DNA of 64,000 bases, taken from the NCBI GenBank assembly GCA_946965045.2, contig OX337231.1:2728001-2792000 (forward strand), in the 5' to 3' direction. A program made the translations under genes and the position numbers. The notes below the pieces were generated by a model. The model was not told the origin of the DNA, did not search any database, and was given only the letters and a program-made list of their open reading frames with translations. Numbering within the stretch: position 1 is the stretch's first letter; each line of letters begins with the position of its first letter. Source of the stretch: Epithemia pelagica (Eukaryota; Protista; Bacillariophyta). Below, in pieces: positions 1 to 10,946 of this stretch.

Positions 1-3000
1 ATTGTTGCACTTACCAGAAGCATGTGAGAGGAGTCCAGTGAGTGTACGAAGTTGGGCGGAAAGGCTGTTACTTGACGCTGTCGATGGATGGGATTGTCAT
101 CTGGGGTCTCTCGCAGTGCGACAGTTTGGCGAAGCGTCACAACGGTAGAATCTTTTTCGCGGCGATAAGGCTGGAACGCGGGTAAACCAATGGGTGAAAT
201 CCACGCCACAGGATATCCATGTTCCGATAGAAGACGGGCACAAGAGGTCAACCAGTTCATTGTCCCTCGCGCTCCTTGAAACAAATCGCCCATGACCTCC
301 ATGGTTGTTTTCGCTAGGTAACCACAAGCTTGGAAGATTTCTTTGTCCATGGCGTCTATGTCTTTCCCTTCTTCTTCGAGCTTTTCTTCAATCTTCTCTT
401 GGATTTGTGTTCGCGCCCCGATGTACGTGACTCCATATACACTGGTCATTACGGTTCGTTTCACGACACCACGATCAATCTTTCCATTCACGAGCTTTGC
501 TGCGTTGTTCTTGTTTAGTTCTTTTTGTTGGTCCTTTGATAGTTTTGATGGATCATTTACGTCAAAATCAAGCGATCGTTGAGCCTCCTCCGATACACGT
601 TTTATAACTTCATGCATCACTCCAATATATACATCTTGCGGCTTATCTGTTGCGCAGAGATTGACCGCCTTCCCCCCAACAACGTCGCGTCCAAGAGCCG
701 CATAGTGTTGCAAGCCGTTACAGGAGCCGTCCATGTGAACAGGCAATGAGCACATGTAGGATTCGGGATCACCGGAGTCGATTGCGTTAATGATCTCTGT
801 ACATGTCGCAAGTCCTTGGAATGGATCATCAAGTCCCATCCACCATCTCTCACCGCCAAATGGATCTTCCGCTGATTCTCGAACCTTAGCAATATTCTCT
901 TCAGTAAAAGCAGCACGTTCGTCGAACGTTACCTTGTCTTTTCCTCCCAAGTTTGCCAGATGAACCTTTAACCAGTAAAGCCCTTTCTTGCCCAATGGCT
1001 TTGCAGAAGCAAACGCAAGCATTCCTCTACAAAGGTCGGAGCCAACGTTGGACAAATGAGGTGGAACAGGGTAGGCTCGGCCTCGGAAGTCAACATTGTA
1101 CGGAAAGAAGATTTTGTCAAACTTTTCGAATTTTTCCGCTTGGTCAAGTTTCAGAATGGCAGAGCATCGCAGACTGTGCAAATCTCTATTTTTCTGTTGA
1201 AATCGACGATATTTTGCAAGTTCTTCTGTGTATCGCCTCAGGTTCTCAGCATGAGCCTTGAACTCAGGACTGTCTCGTTCTACGAATCCATCAATCTCTG
1301 GTCGGGTCGGTTTTTCCGGTAGGTCGAAATTTGTTTGTGTCGGGATATCACCAAGAGAAATGTTGTCGTCCCAACAACGCCTCGCAACTTCCAAAATCTT
1401 TGAGTTAATTTTCCATGGTACAGCACCCAGAACATTCAGGCCATCGAGAAGGGTGCTGAGATCCGAGTTGTCCAAAAGCTCACGCTGCATCTTACAGCCA
1501 TGAAAACGCATCAATTCAGTTTCAAGCAACAAGTACCCTCCCTCTGAAGCACTGGTCCATCTTGCTGGAGGTACCACCATTGGTTTATATCTCACAGATT
1601 CCCATGATATCCACTCAAGATCGTCTTTTGTAACGAGGTTGGCAAATGCCTCATTGACCGACACATATCCTTGCTTTTTCAATTGCTTGACCCATCGAAG
1701 TTCATGTTTGAAAGCAGGTTCGTCTTTTCCCTCCACCTTTACTGTTGTATTTTCAAGAAGTACATGTAATAGGGCCGTGCCTACCTGTATCTTTCGTTTG
1801 TCGGGCCAGCTGTCGGATTCTTCGAGCAAAAGTCGTGTCTTCCGTAAAGCATTTCGAAGGGCTGCTTCGTTCTTATGATTCACGCCAGGATCGTACTTGA
1901 TCATGTCTTTGAGAAAGTTTTCGAGGTTCGACCGGGCGTATGCTCTGTGTGCATTGATGGTTTTTGCTTGGTTTGTATCAGTGCTTTGGGGTTGGTCGTT
2001 GTCGTCCGTGTGGATGTTCTCCTCATCATCATCGCCGTCCGCATCAAACCCTAAATCTTTCTTTCTCTGTTTCTTCTCTAACATCTGTTGGTGTAAAAGC
2101 TTCTCAACGAGAACTTCTTCCTCCATCGCGGCCCCCAAACGTTTCGTTAGTTTGGCAAAGGTGACGCCATTATACTTTTCTCTCAGGCACATAACAAGAG
2201 CTTCCTTGGCTGTAATCACGGCCAGCTTTGACGGTGACAAGGCGCAGAGATAAGGGCCAAAGCAAGTTTCCGATCTCTCCATTTCACCTCTTGTTTTGGT
2301 GAGGTATTTCTGTTGCATTTTAGCAAATTCCGATTCTAGGATTGGGAACCATTTGACAACTTGGGCCTGGACCATTGGCATACTGCCCAAATCATCCCTT
2401 GATCGGGTCTTGTTCATAACGTCATTCAATTTTCTGGCACTTTCGTAATACGATTCGCACTCTAGCCATCTTTGATAGTTCTCTAGATCAGTGGTGTCTG
2501 GTTCAACTTCATTTTCAAAGTTCTTCACGAGCTCTGCCATTGACTTTTTCTCCGGAACAGCAGTTTCTCCGCTTGTTGTCTCCTCGACTTGCTCCATGTT
2601 CTCCATTTCTTGTTCCTCTTCCTCCTGCACTATATCGGATCCACCAAGCGCGTAGGTTGGGTCAATTGGATAGTCGTCCACCCATGATTCTTCCGGTGGT
2701 GGAACAACTTGTGGCGGTACCTCACTGGCTGTCGTTTGGCTGTATCGAAAATCAACCCTCTCATGGTAGTCCAAACTGTTGTCCAGGTTGTTGTGTACGG
2801 CAGAGGAGGCATAGGGATCCACTCTCAGGGCCGGATAGCTGCTTCGGGATGGTACGGTGAGATGCAGATTGCGGGAGTTACTGTTCATCACGGTTCTCGG
2901 TCTTCGCGTCGAAGGTGCGGGGGTGGTGGGAAAGCCATGAGTGCACGTTGTGCTAAATGTGGTAGTCGTTGTTGTCGTCGTCGGGCAGATGGCGGAAGAC

Positions 3001-3083
3001 TCGCTCTTGCGCAGTTGCTCATGGAGTGCGTGTATCCTTCCTCTTCGTGCAAGTATTCTTCTTCGCAACAGGGAGTTCATCAT
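1..3083 (-). CDS. RPOT: Phage-type (T7/T3-like) single-subunit DNA-directed RNA polymerase, probably mitochondrial; 3' end runs off the window
   Basis: Manual translation from ATG 3083 gives an open 3069-nt exon (15-3083). It contains YNVDFRGRAYP, motif A HMDGSCNGLQHYAAL, motif B RGVVKRTVMTSVYGVT and AFPPNFVHSLDSSHM, followed by a GTAAGT donor at 14. The N-terminus MMNSLLRRRILARRGR looks like a mitochondrial presequence. It is absent from the ORF track, probably because no stop falls inside the window. Confidence 0.95.
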   Translation of the reverse strand, partial: MMNSLLRRRILARRGRIHALHEQLRKSESSAICPTTTTTTTTFSTTCTHGFPTTPAPSTRRPRTVMNSNSRNLHLTVPSRSSYPALRVDPYASSAVHNNLDNSLDYHERVDFRYSQTTASEVPPQVVPPPEESWVDDYPIDPTYALGGSDIVQEEEEQEMENMEQVEETTSGETAVPEKKSMAELVKNFENEVEPDTTDLENYQRWLECESYYESARKLNDVMNKTRSRDDLGSMPMVQAQVVKWFPILESEFAKMQQKYLTKTRGEMERSETCFGPYLCALSPSKLAVITAKEALVMCLREKYNGVTFAKLTKRLGAAMEEEVLVEKLLHQQMLEKKQRKKDLGFDADGDDDEENIHTDDNDQPQSTDTNQAKTINAHRAYARSNLENFLKDMIKYDPGVNHKNEAALRNALRKTRLLLEESDSWPDKRKIQVGTALLHVLLENTTVKVEGKDEPAFKHELRWVKQLKKQGYVSVNEAFANLVTKDDLEWISWESVRYKPMVVPPARWTSASEGGYLLLETELMRFHGCKMQRELLDNSDLSTLLDGLNVLGAVPWKINSKILEVARRCWDDNISLGDIPTQTNFDLPEKPTRPEIDGFVERDSPEFKAHAENLRRYTEELAKYRRFQQKNRDLHSLRCSAILKLDQAEKFEKFDKIFFPYNVDFRGRAYPVPPHLSNVGSDLCRGMLAFASAKPLGKKGLYWLKVHLANLGGKDKVTFDERAAFTEENIAKVRESAEDPFGGERWWMGLDDPFQGLATCTEIINAIDSGDPESYMCSLPVHMDGSCNGLQHYAALGRDVVGGKAVNLCATDKPQDVYIGVMHEVIKRVSEEAQRSLDFDVNDPSKLSKDQQKELNKNNAAKLVNGKIDRGVVKRTVMTSVYGVTYIGARTQIQEKIEEKLEEEGKDIDAMDKEIFQACGYLAKTTMEVMGDLFQGARGTMNWLTSCARLLSEHGYPVAWISPIGLPAFQPYRREKDSTVVTLRQTVALRETPDDNPIHRQRQVTAFPPNFVHSLDSSHMLLVSAT

Positions 3084-3471
3084 GGTTGTGTTCTTGGTCT
3101 CTGATCTTCTTCACAGCCAATCTTCACTCACCCTTGTCGGTCTCGCTCTTGGATCTTCGATTCTTTTCGGATTTTACGGCGATAGCTTAGATTTCAGAAC
3201 ATCTGTCGGTATGCGAGACCACATAGAGAATGTGGTGGCCTCCACCGAAGAAAAGCGACGCACAGACGCAAATGCGTCTGTAAGGCGTACGATATCTACG
3301 TGTATCTTTCCCATCGAACTTCATAGCGAGAATAGTTGACGCAAAATTCTCGACGAATGAGAAAATGATGAAGAAATCTGTTTGAGACGGTTGGTTCATC
3401 ATCCTGTTATATATCTCTAATCCCTCGACCACAAAGAACGCATTCAAGAAAGCAGCAAACGAAAGTGTACA

Positions 3472-4536
3472 ATGTCAGACGATGATTTGGACGAAGCAGT
3501 GATCTTCAGTGGAAGCTCCAGCAAATCCGAAGAAGATCCAACCGCAGAAGAGGAGGAAGATGCCACCGCCGCCGAGGCCCAGGATGAGGATGGAACAACG
3601 ACTGAGCCTCGCTTTGCTCAAACAGAATCATTGGGGCCTGGACCAAATCGCTTTGCTGCAAAAGGCGAACGTCCAATCAGCGAACAGATTGCTTCTCTCT
3701 CGCCGGAGGAACGTGAATGTTACAACAGTTTAAGAATACGCTGGAAAGCCTTGCACCCGGATCGACCCTATTCGGATGAAATGTACCTTAGATTTGCCAG
3801 ATGCAGTCCTGGAAAGACCAAATTCAACGAAAAGACGGCGTGGAGAGTCATGAACCGATTTGATCGACGCTACCTGGTGTTAACTGCCTCCAGACTCGAA
3901 TCGCAACTTCTAAGTAAGGTACGGCTTGGTGTTTTTTGGGGTAGTTGCATTTTGCATGCAAACCAGAAACATCTGAAAATCTGCTTATTCTGCCTTGCTC
4001 AGACTCTGTTTCCAGTTCCAGGTCTCTCCACGAAAGAAGGCCATGACGTGTTTTATATGCGCGCTTCGCGATACTTCCCCCGCCAAACATCCACCAGAGC
4101 GATCATTGACAATCTCGCTTACTGTATGACAACCATGGTGGAAAAGGAAAAAGCGTGCGCCGAGGGTATCGCCTTTTTGGCGTATATGAATGACTGGAAA
4201 ATGAAGAACTTTGCTCCGGATTACTTTGTCCAATTCATGAGGACCTTGCAAGGACGTATTCCGGTCCGAGTTCGACTTTTCTTGATTGTTAACCCACCAA
4301 AATTCTTTGACCGCGTATGGATGATCATCAAACCTTTGCTGTTAAAAGAATTTCAAAATAAGGTACGCATGGTCCAAGAAGAGAACCTTGGTGACTTCTT
4401 GATGGACACGTATACAGATTTCCTGCCGGATGACATGGCCAGTGGCACTCAGCCTGCCGATTTAATGGTGAGCGACTTTGTGACGTATAGGAAACATGTG
4501 GAAGGCAACAACCGACTCATTGGACTACAAGATTAA
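3472..4536 (+). CDS. CRAL-TRIO/Sec14-like lipid-binding domain protein
   Basis: Motifs DEMYLRFARC, GHDVFYMRASRYFP and LQGRIPVRVRLFLIVNPPKFFDRVWMIIKPLL. Probable in-frame 84-nt intron at 3919-4002 (GTACGG...CTCAG). Confidence 0.75.
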   Translation: MSDDDLDEAVIFSGSSSKSEEDPTAEEEEDATAAEAQDEDGTTTEPRFAQTESLGPGPNRFAAKGERPISEQIASLSPEERECYNSLRIRWKALHPDRPYSDEMYLRFARCSPGKTKFNEKTAWRVMNRFDRRYLVLTASRLESQLLSKVRLGVFWGSCILHANQKHLKICLFCLAQTLFPVPGLSTKEGHDVFYMRASRYFPRQTSTRAIIDNLAYCMTTMVEKEKACAEGIAFLAYMNDWKMKNFAPDYFVQFMRTLQGRIPVRVRLFLIVNPPKFFDRVWMIIKPLLLKEFQNKVRMVQEENLGDFLMDTYTDFLPDDMASGTQPADLMVSDFVTYRKHVEGNNRLIGLQD

Positions 4537-4588
4537 GAAAAGAAATAACTTGCCAATCAACAGGTATTTCTACAACTAGTCAAAGGCT

Positions 4589-5880
4589 TCACCTACGGGT
4601 TCGTCTCCGCTTTTTCCTCTTTACCACAACCGGCCGATGAGGTGCCGAGTATCGATTGTTTTCCAGTTTATCCGACTTGGCAGACCACGGGGTAGCTGGC
4701 TCAGCATATCGTGGATCAATGGGGTTTACATTGGCCATGTAATCGTCCCATACATCCTCATCGTTTGTATCAATACCCCAGATTGGATCCTGGAACGACC
4801 ACAAGTAGTCCAACTTGTAGAATTTTCTTGCTCGCTCCGTTTGAATATGAACTACATAGTTTTGGCAATCGACAAGCATCCAAACCTCATCCGGGTCACG
4901 AGGGTTCCCCTGGGGCCCTTCAATGGCACTGGGAACCCCGACTTCCTGGAGTTTGCGATTGCGAAGTTCATGAACCAACTGTGAACCAAGCTGACCCAAA
5001 TGTCGATGCGAAGGTGCGGTTGCAATAATTTGACTGTGTCGTAGGACTTTTGTTAGGTGGGAGGTCTCTCTCATTGACATTCTGCGTGGCAAAGGACTGA
5101 AGGAAATACGTACCCCATTATCCCTCCCATGCGAGGTTTCTTCGGATCGTCCATAAGCGTCACAATGTCTTGACCACCATATGCATCCAACACAGCTGCA
5201 ATTTCTTTTCGAGTCAAAAGCGTGTGATGTTTAATAGGAATCACAACCTTTCGATTTCCAGTGTTAGGATCACCAACGCTGTAAAGTGACTCTGGTATAT
5301 TACCCAGAGTGGGCACACCGGTAAGAGTCTCTCGACGAGTCTTCATCCAATCTACAGTAGCTGGCGTAGAACTTTCCTTACTAACATTCATGGCTTTGCG
5401 ATCTTCTTCTTTGAGAGCCTCGTATTCTTTTTGAAGTCGTTGGGATTCCAAGGTATCTTCGTCATGAATGGAATCCGAATTTCCGACTAAACTAGTGGTT
5501 TTCCCTCTGTCACCCACCAACGGCTGATTGGGTGGAATCCAGTCCGTGTTGACATTGTCGTCGTCATTTGCGTTGTCTTGAGTATCATTGTCTGTGGTGG
5601 TATCTTTCCCAGAAGCTCCAGGCACAGAAGAGGAAGACGAAGAACTTGTACTAGACAATAAACGGCATTGGATGTCGCACCGAAATGAAGCAATCAGAGG
5701 GGAAGTCAACCTTTTTATCGGGCTTCTACCAAGAGAAGACTGATCCCAAATTTTTGGGAGACAGATGGTGTGGTAGGAGGCTTCCGTAGTTTTACGAATC
5801 CGTGAGCCACTGACCGAGACTCTACAGCTCGATGTAAGAGACTTGGTGCCTTTGGATGATAAGTGGTACAAATTCTTCAT
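4589..5880 (-). CDS. rsfS: Ribosome silencing factor RsfS/Iojap family (MALSU1-like), with an organelle-type N-terminal extension
   Basis: Two ORFs are joined in frame by intron 5034-5113 (GTACGT...CACAG). C-terminal motif WMLVDCQNYVVHIQTERARKFYKLDYLW; Ser/Arg-rich N-terminus. Confidence 0.8.
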
Positions 5881-7229
5881 AACTGTCTCTATTCGAGGCC
5901 TAGAAATGGCACCTTGCCGAATGGTTCATGGACATGGAACTCTTTTCTGGTTGGCGGTGATGGAATAATCCGTAATGGAGTTATGGAGAAGAAAAAGATA
6001 CCATCTGTGGAAGTGGGGGGGGCTCCTCAGGTGTGGTGTCCCTGTTTGGGGGCGAACATGCATCAAGACTCCATCTACATCTACGGCGCTGTTACCCAAC
6101 AAATTGCGCATTCCACAAATGGACGAGTCGCATTTTCGTTTGTAATTTGTCCGATTTCACACCCCATCGTTCGTTCCTAGCGTTGAATTTCCTAACGAGT
6201 TATCATTTCCTATCGTTTTGTTTTCGAAAAAAAATTTATGTGTCCGTCTCAGGTATCGTCCTCATACGCCTCCTCCATGATGCCGTTGATGACGGCCTTC
6301 TGCAGATACATCGTACAAATAGTCATATCGACAATGGCAATGGTAGGACCGCACCAATTCATGACTTTTCCATTGAAAACTCTCCATCCAAAATTTGACA
6401 CCATCGTTCAGAAATCGTCCCCCGTCTCTCATTTTTGTCCCCCGAAGGCATATTTGCGACCCTTCTGCGATTATGTCCCATTAGTCGATTTGTCGAATGG
6501 CGTAGGTCAATATGTCGGATTTGTGTCAGACACATCGCACATCTTGTCAAAATTGGCCATTTTACGCCCCATTTGTCTTCTACAAATTACAAATGAATTT
6601 TCATGAGTCAAAATGCATACTACAAATTGACTATTACACGTGTAAGCCCGACATGCCTTCATTAAGACCATATTTTTGTCTATATTTTCATTTAATACTT
6701 ATTTCAAACATAAAACCAAGCTGGGAATTCTCATATAAACTCATTCTTCATTGTACGAATCTTCATTCTTCCGATAAAGATTTCCTTATTTCACCCCGAT
6801 ATGAATTCATTGGTCCCAGACTACAATAGTGATTATCTGTACATTTTCTAAATTAATGCCCATACTTCTCTACGTAACCATATCCATCTATGAATGAATG
6901 AAATATGGCCAACTACTCTCATTTCTTGTGTAGTCCTTTCAATATCCACTATATATGAGGATAATATGTTTATATATCGTGATTGACAGCGCTGTCACAC
7001 CGTCACACCATGGCAGGCTTCATTTTTCCCAACACACACCTCTCCTGATTACTGTTACAACCAAAACAACACTCTCTCTCTTTTCCTTGCTGAAAGCACT
7101 CCGTACCTATACTTCCCATTCTTCTTGCTCTATCTTCTGAGATTGCTAAGGTATGAGTATATTCCTTCCCTTTTCTCCTTTTCTGTGCTATTTCTCATTT
7201 ATCATGCCGTTTGCATCTGTCAACTTTGT

Positions 7230-7439
7230 CTGTTTCTACTATCCTGTTGTTGGAATTCCTTTCCTTTCAAGAAGTTGACACGTCATTCTTTTGGTAGGAT
7301 ACGACAGTGTGGTAGCTCTGCCATTGAATTACGTTCTGTTTCTACTTTCCTGTTGGTGGAATTCGTTTCCTTTCAAGTTGATACGTAATTCTGTTGGTGG
7401 GAGACGACAGTGTGGTAGCTCTGCCGCAGAATTACGTTC
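7230..7439. repeat. Imperfect tandem duplication, unit about 106 bp, 2 copies
   Basis: CTGTTTCTACT(A/T)TCCTGTTG...ACGACAGTGTGGTAGCTCTGCC...GAATTACGTTC occurs at 7230-7335 and 7336-7439; copy 2 lacks 3 bp. Confidence 0.9.
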
Positions 7440-7442
7440 CTC

Positions 7443-9846
7443 ATGCCAAGGAAAAAAAGGAAACATATTGCCTCAAGAAACTGACAAATCTCCAAATCGT
7501 CCCAAGTGTCCGACATATTGCCTCAAGAAACTGACAAATCGCCCCAAGTGTCCGACATATTGCCTCAAGAAACAGACAAATCGCCCAAAGTGTCCGACGA
7601 ATCGCCCTTAGAATCTCACGGATTGTCTCATGAGTCCAACTTATTGCCTAGAGCGTCAGACAAATCGACCCAGGCGTCCAACGTATTGCCTCAGAAGTCC
7701 GACATATCACCCCAAGTGTCCGGCATATCGCCTCAAAAAACAGACAAATCGCCCCAAATGTCTGACAAATGGCCTCAAGAAACAGACAAATTGGCCCAAA
7801 TGTCTGACAAGTTACCACTTAGTTCGGACAAATCGCCCCAAGTTTCTAACAAATTGCTTCAAGAATCAGACAAAACACCCAAAGTGATCGACAAATTGCC
7901 CCAGATGTCGGACAAACTGCACCAAGTGTCCAACGTATTGCCTCAAGAGTCGGACAAATTGCCTTGTGAGTCCAACAAATTGCCTCCTAAGTCGGACAAA
8001 TTGACCAAAGTGTTGGGCAAGTCGTCTCAAGATCACAACAAAGTGGTGTCTGGAGAAGAGATTGTTATCATGCCTTCACCACAGCCTTCTGATCGACGGC
8101 ATCTGAAGACAATTCCACTGGCCAATGCGTACCAACAAATTATTGCATCAGGTAGTTTTGTCGGTGCAAATAGGAAAGACAAATTCATTGTTTGTCACCT
8201 TACTTGCAAAGATTGTTCTTGTGGTCAATCGACCAAAGTACTTCAAGTCCCATCGGGTCAATGTCTCCAGCATTACTTTTCAGATCGTTCTCAAAAGTGG
8301 CTACCGCATTCGTTGGTACACAGCTTCGGCACATTGGTAGAGCACTACTTTCACAACAGGACTATACTGTTCCATAATTCAACAGCAAACTATTCGAAAG
8401 CAGATCTTTCAGAAATGAGAAAGTGGAAGATGAAGACATATAATTTGAAAGATCAAGATCCCTACGTTAAAGAGATTATTTCTCTTGGTTTTGGCAAAAG
8501 CCATTATGTTGTAATCCACATCGATATCGACAAGAAAAAAATTGATGTCTATGATGGAATGTTGGGGGGAAACGATCTTTCACTGTGGAACAAGAGTGCT
8601 CTGGCGACTTTATGGTATTACGAATTCCTACAGCAAGCAGACAGTAATGTGCGTCCAGTCCATTGCTTGCAGACAGATGACAGCCACTCATCGTCTGCCT
8701 TTTGGACGATTGCATATGATACAATAAATAACGAGGGTAGGCTGCTTAGGGCACGAGTGCCGTTACAGCTGTTGGCGCACGAGTGCATGCAGCTGTCCAA
8801 AAGGATTTGCACTCCTGTGGAGTCCTTGCTTCTTTGAGTATTATGTATTTAATGAGGCCTGTATTGAAAAATCTCTCGAAAAGGAAAGATCTACATCCAC
8901 CAACACGTTCCGAAGATACTTGGCGATCCACAGTCGGAAACATATTCGAGAAAATAATCATCAAAGCATGGAAAAATCTCAATTCTGCATTACGGCAGAA
9001 GTTCCATGAGGAATATACATCGGTCGGTCAGACGTCGTTGAGAGAGCAATATTTGAATTATCTATCTGGTTTCATGGACACAGAAAAAACTGAAGAACCA
9101 ACACGTCGCTCGCAAAGAAACCAATCCAAGAAGTAAGTTGTTCTCCTTCCATTCCATTTGCTCTATAGTAATACTCAGATGTACGTGGATGTAATTGTAG
9201 TTTTCTTATGATAGACGATACGACAGAAAGGCAATATACTCGATATGAAAATATATCCACTCGCCAGGCGGAACAACGAAGACAAGCGACCAAAATGATA
9301 AGGATGAACCAGCAAGCTGGATTCCGAGTTTCCGTTGGAGACGCTGTAGCCCTGTTTCCTGACCCTCGAGATCGTGCAAACCAGAGCCGCCATGGAATAC
9401 ACTGCCTTGTTTTTGCGGTCTCTCACAGTTTGCAACCATCTGTTAGATTGGTACTGCCTGAAGGGATTATAGGAGATAAACGAACAAGAACACCAACATG
9501 GTATGCACGGGACACGTACAGTGTTATTCATTCTTCTTCACCAATGGGCAAAGCACGTCGAGATTTACAGAAACAGATTATTGACAAAACATTTGATCCC
9601 ACTAAAATGGCTTCTTTGTCGATCCGTGACGCTCATCGAATCGCAAATAGTCAGGAAGGACAGTTGAAAACGAAATGACGTACTACTAAGAGTTATGGCA
9701 CTGGATGTTCTTGTAAAGCAAGCAGTTCTCAATGTACGACGAACAACTGTGGGTGCAGGAAGAAAAATCAGGCTTGTGACGCAAGCTGCAAATGTAGTGA
9801 AAACAGGTGTATGAATCGGAATTTCCATCAACTTCCAGGGGTTTGA
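7443..9846 (+). pseudogene. Repeat - Ulp1/C48-like cysteine protease - SH3-like region - CXC (9-Cys) protein, disrupted
   Basis: Possible start MPRKKRK at 7443 with a TGA at 7482. Protease motifs SHYVV (His), YDG (Asp) and VQKDLHSCG (Gln/Cys). A frame change near 8737-8786 is explained by a 32-nt GT-AG intron or a 26-bp duplication. Intron 9133-9200 (GTAAGT...TGTAG) joins in frame to RQATKM...VSVGDAV. An in-frame TGA at 9676 precedes CSC-x6-C-x4-CGC-x6-C-x3-CKC-x4-CMN, which ends at TGA 9846. Confidence 0.65.
7464..8040 (+). repeat. 42-bp tandem repeat array, about 13 progressively degenerate copies (14-aa ILPQETDKSPQVSD units)
   Basis: Consensus CATATTGCCTCAAGAAACTGACAAATCGCCCCAAGTGTCCGA; the first copies are nearly identical and they decay towards the 3' end. 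Confidence 0.9.
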
Positions 9847-10946
9847 GTCAAGGCAGGTAGGGACAGCCCAAAAAACCAGCCAACAGTGTGGGGTCCCCGT
9901 TTGGCACTCGTAAGGGACTCTAAGGAACGGACACATTTATGAACACTTGTGCAATGACGGATAACACGTCCATCAAATAGTATAGAAACTCCGTGGGAGA
10001 GTCGAATTACCAAACCTGAGTAAGTTGTCGAGTCAATTTTTATCGAAACATTGGGCATGACAAAGTACCAATCGCGTGCAGATCCAAGCTCTGTCTCTGA
10101 AAATAGAACAACTCCAACACTAGCATCGTTGATGTCAATGTGTGAAGAGTTCATAAGATCGACACTGATGGCAATGTTACTGCTGCAACCGTTGGCGTCA
10201 CCACCCAAGCCGTCTGGGATTTGGAGCCCTCCAATGGTCCGTAAACTTTTCAACAAGGAAAGTGTTCCAGGAAAATTATTTGATATGAATTCCGCTGCCA
10301 AATGACACGTTTCTCGAACTCTCTCAATCAAAAGACCATCGCTGTCATGGAAGGAAATGCTGTTGATGCATCTCTTAAAACGATGTAACATTTGTCCATA
10401 AGCGCTCATAACACCATTGTCACCAGTCTTTTGTCGACAATTTCCTCCTTTAGAGAAACTTTTGGATGATGTGTATAACCGAGACGCCACATTTAAAGTC
10501 TTGTATAACTGGTGTTCCTGTGGAATCAAGCATACCACAATGTTTGATTGGGAAATCGGAAGCTTATTTCCGTCAAGGATGGACGCTTGAAAACAGGCAT
10601 TATTGCCAGCTGTAGATGGATCGTAGATGTAAGCTGAAGGAGGAATGTTTTGGTAGAGCGCACCTGAAACATACCGTCGACAACCAACCTTATTGGAAGG
10701 AGATGAGTCAAAAAGGGACCGGTACAAGGAACGCTGTGCTTGTAAATCCTTAGTGGGTATGTTGGACCCAATTTGATCGGGTGGTAAGAGTGGAGAATCC
10801 GGATCATCGTCGTTGAAATGTAGACAGTGATAGACACGAGGCAAAGAAGCTTTTCTCGGTAAAAAGTCAATCGACCAAACATGGTTGATTTTTTTTATGA
10901 AGCCACCCCGTGCAGGCAAACCTGTTTCTGTACAAGTCGCAACCAA
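9828..10946 (-). CDS. TET/JBP-like 2OG-Fe(II) dioxygenase (candidate nucleic-acid base-modifying enzyme)
   Basis: GDNGVMSAYG (G-M-x-x-G strand), NIAISVDLMNSSHIDINDAS (HxD plus downstream N/D), YFVMP and IRLSHGVSILFDGRVIRHCTS (distal His). Order and spacing match the TET/JBP double-stranded beta-helix. The true 5' end probably lies in the upstream ORF. Confidence 0.7.
   Translation of the reverse strand: MVATCTETGLPARGGFIKKINHVWSIDFLPRKASLPRVYHCLHFNDDDPDSPLLPPDQIGSNIPTKDLQAQRSLYRSLFDSSPSNKVGCRRYVSGALYQNIPPSAYIYDPSTAGNNACFQASILDGNKLPISQSNIVVCLIPQEHQLYKTLNVASRLYTSSKSFSKGGNCRQKTGDNGVMSAYGQMLHRFKRCINSISFHDSDGLLIERVRETCHLAAEFISNNFPGTLSLLKSLRTIGGLQIPDGLGGDANGCSSNIAISVDLMNSSHIDINDASVGVVLFSETELGSARDWYFVMPNVSIKIDSTTYSGLVIRLSHGVSILFDGRVIRHCTSVHKCVRSLESLTSAKRGPHTVGWFFGLSLPALTQTPGS

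Noticed and set aside
1-3083. Phage or viral insertion suggested by the T7-like polymerase
   Set aside because: It has a spliceosomal donor, a presequence-like N-terminus, host-like composition and ordinary host neighbours.
6249-6404. 51-aa minus-strand ORF (MVSNFGWRVFNGKV...)
   Set aside because: No recognisable motif or splice support; too short to call.
6661-6980. Low-GC tract as a diatom centromere
   Set aside because: Only about 300 bp near 31% GC and inside a putative mobile cassette; composition alone is insufficient.
7464-8040. 42-bp array (also the 49-bp and 10-bp arrays) as CRISPR
   Set aside because: The units are head-to-tail with no unique spacers, there are no cas genes, and the context is eukaryotic.
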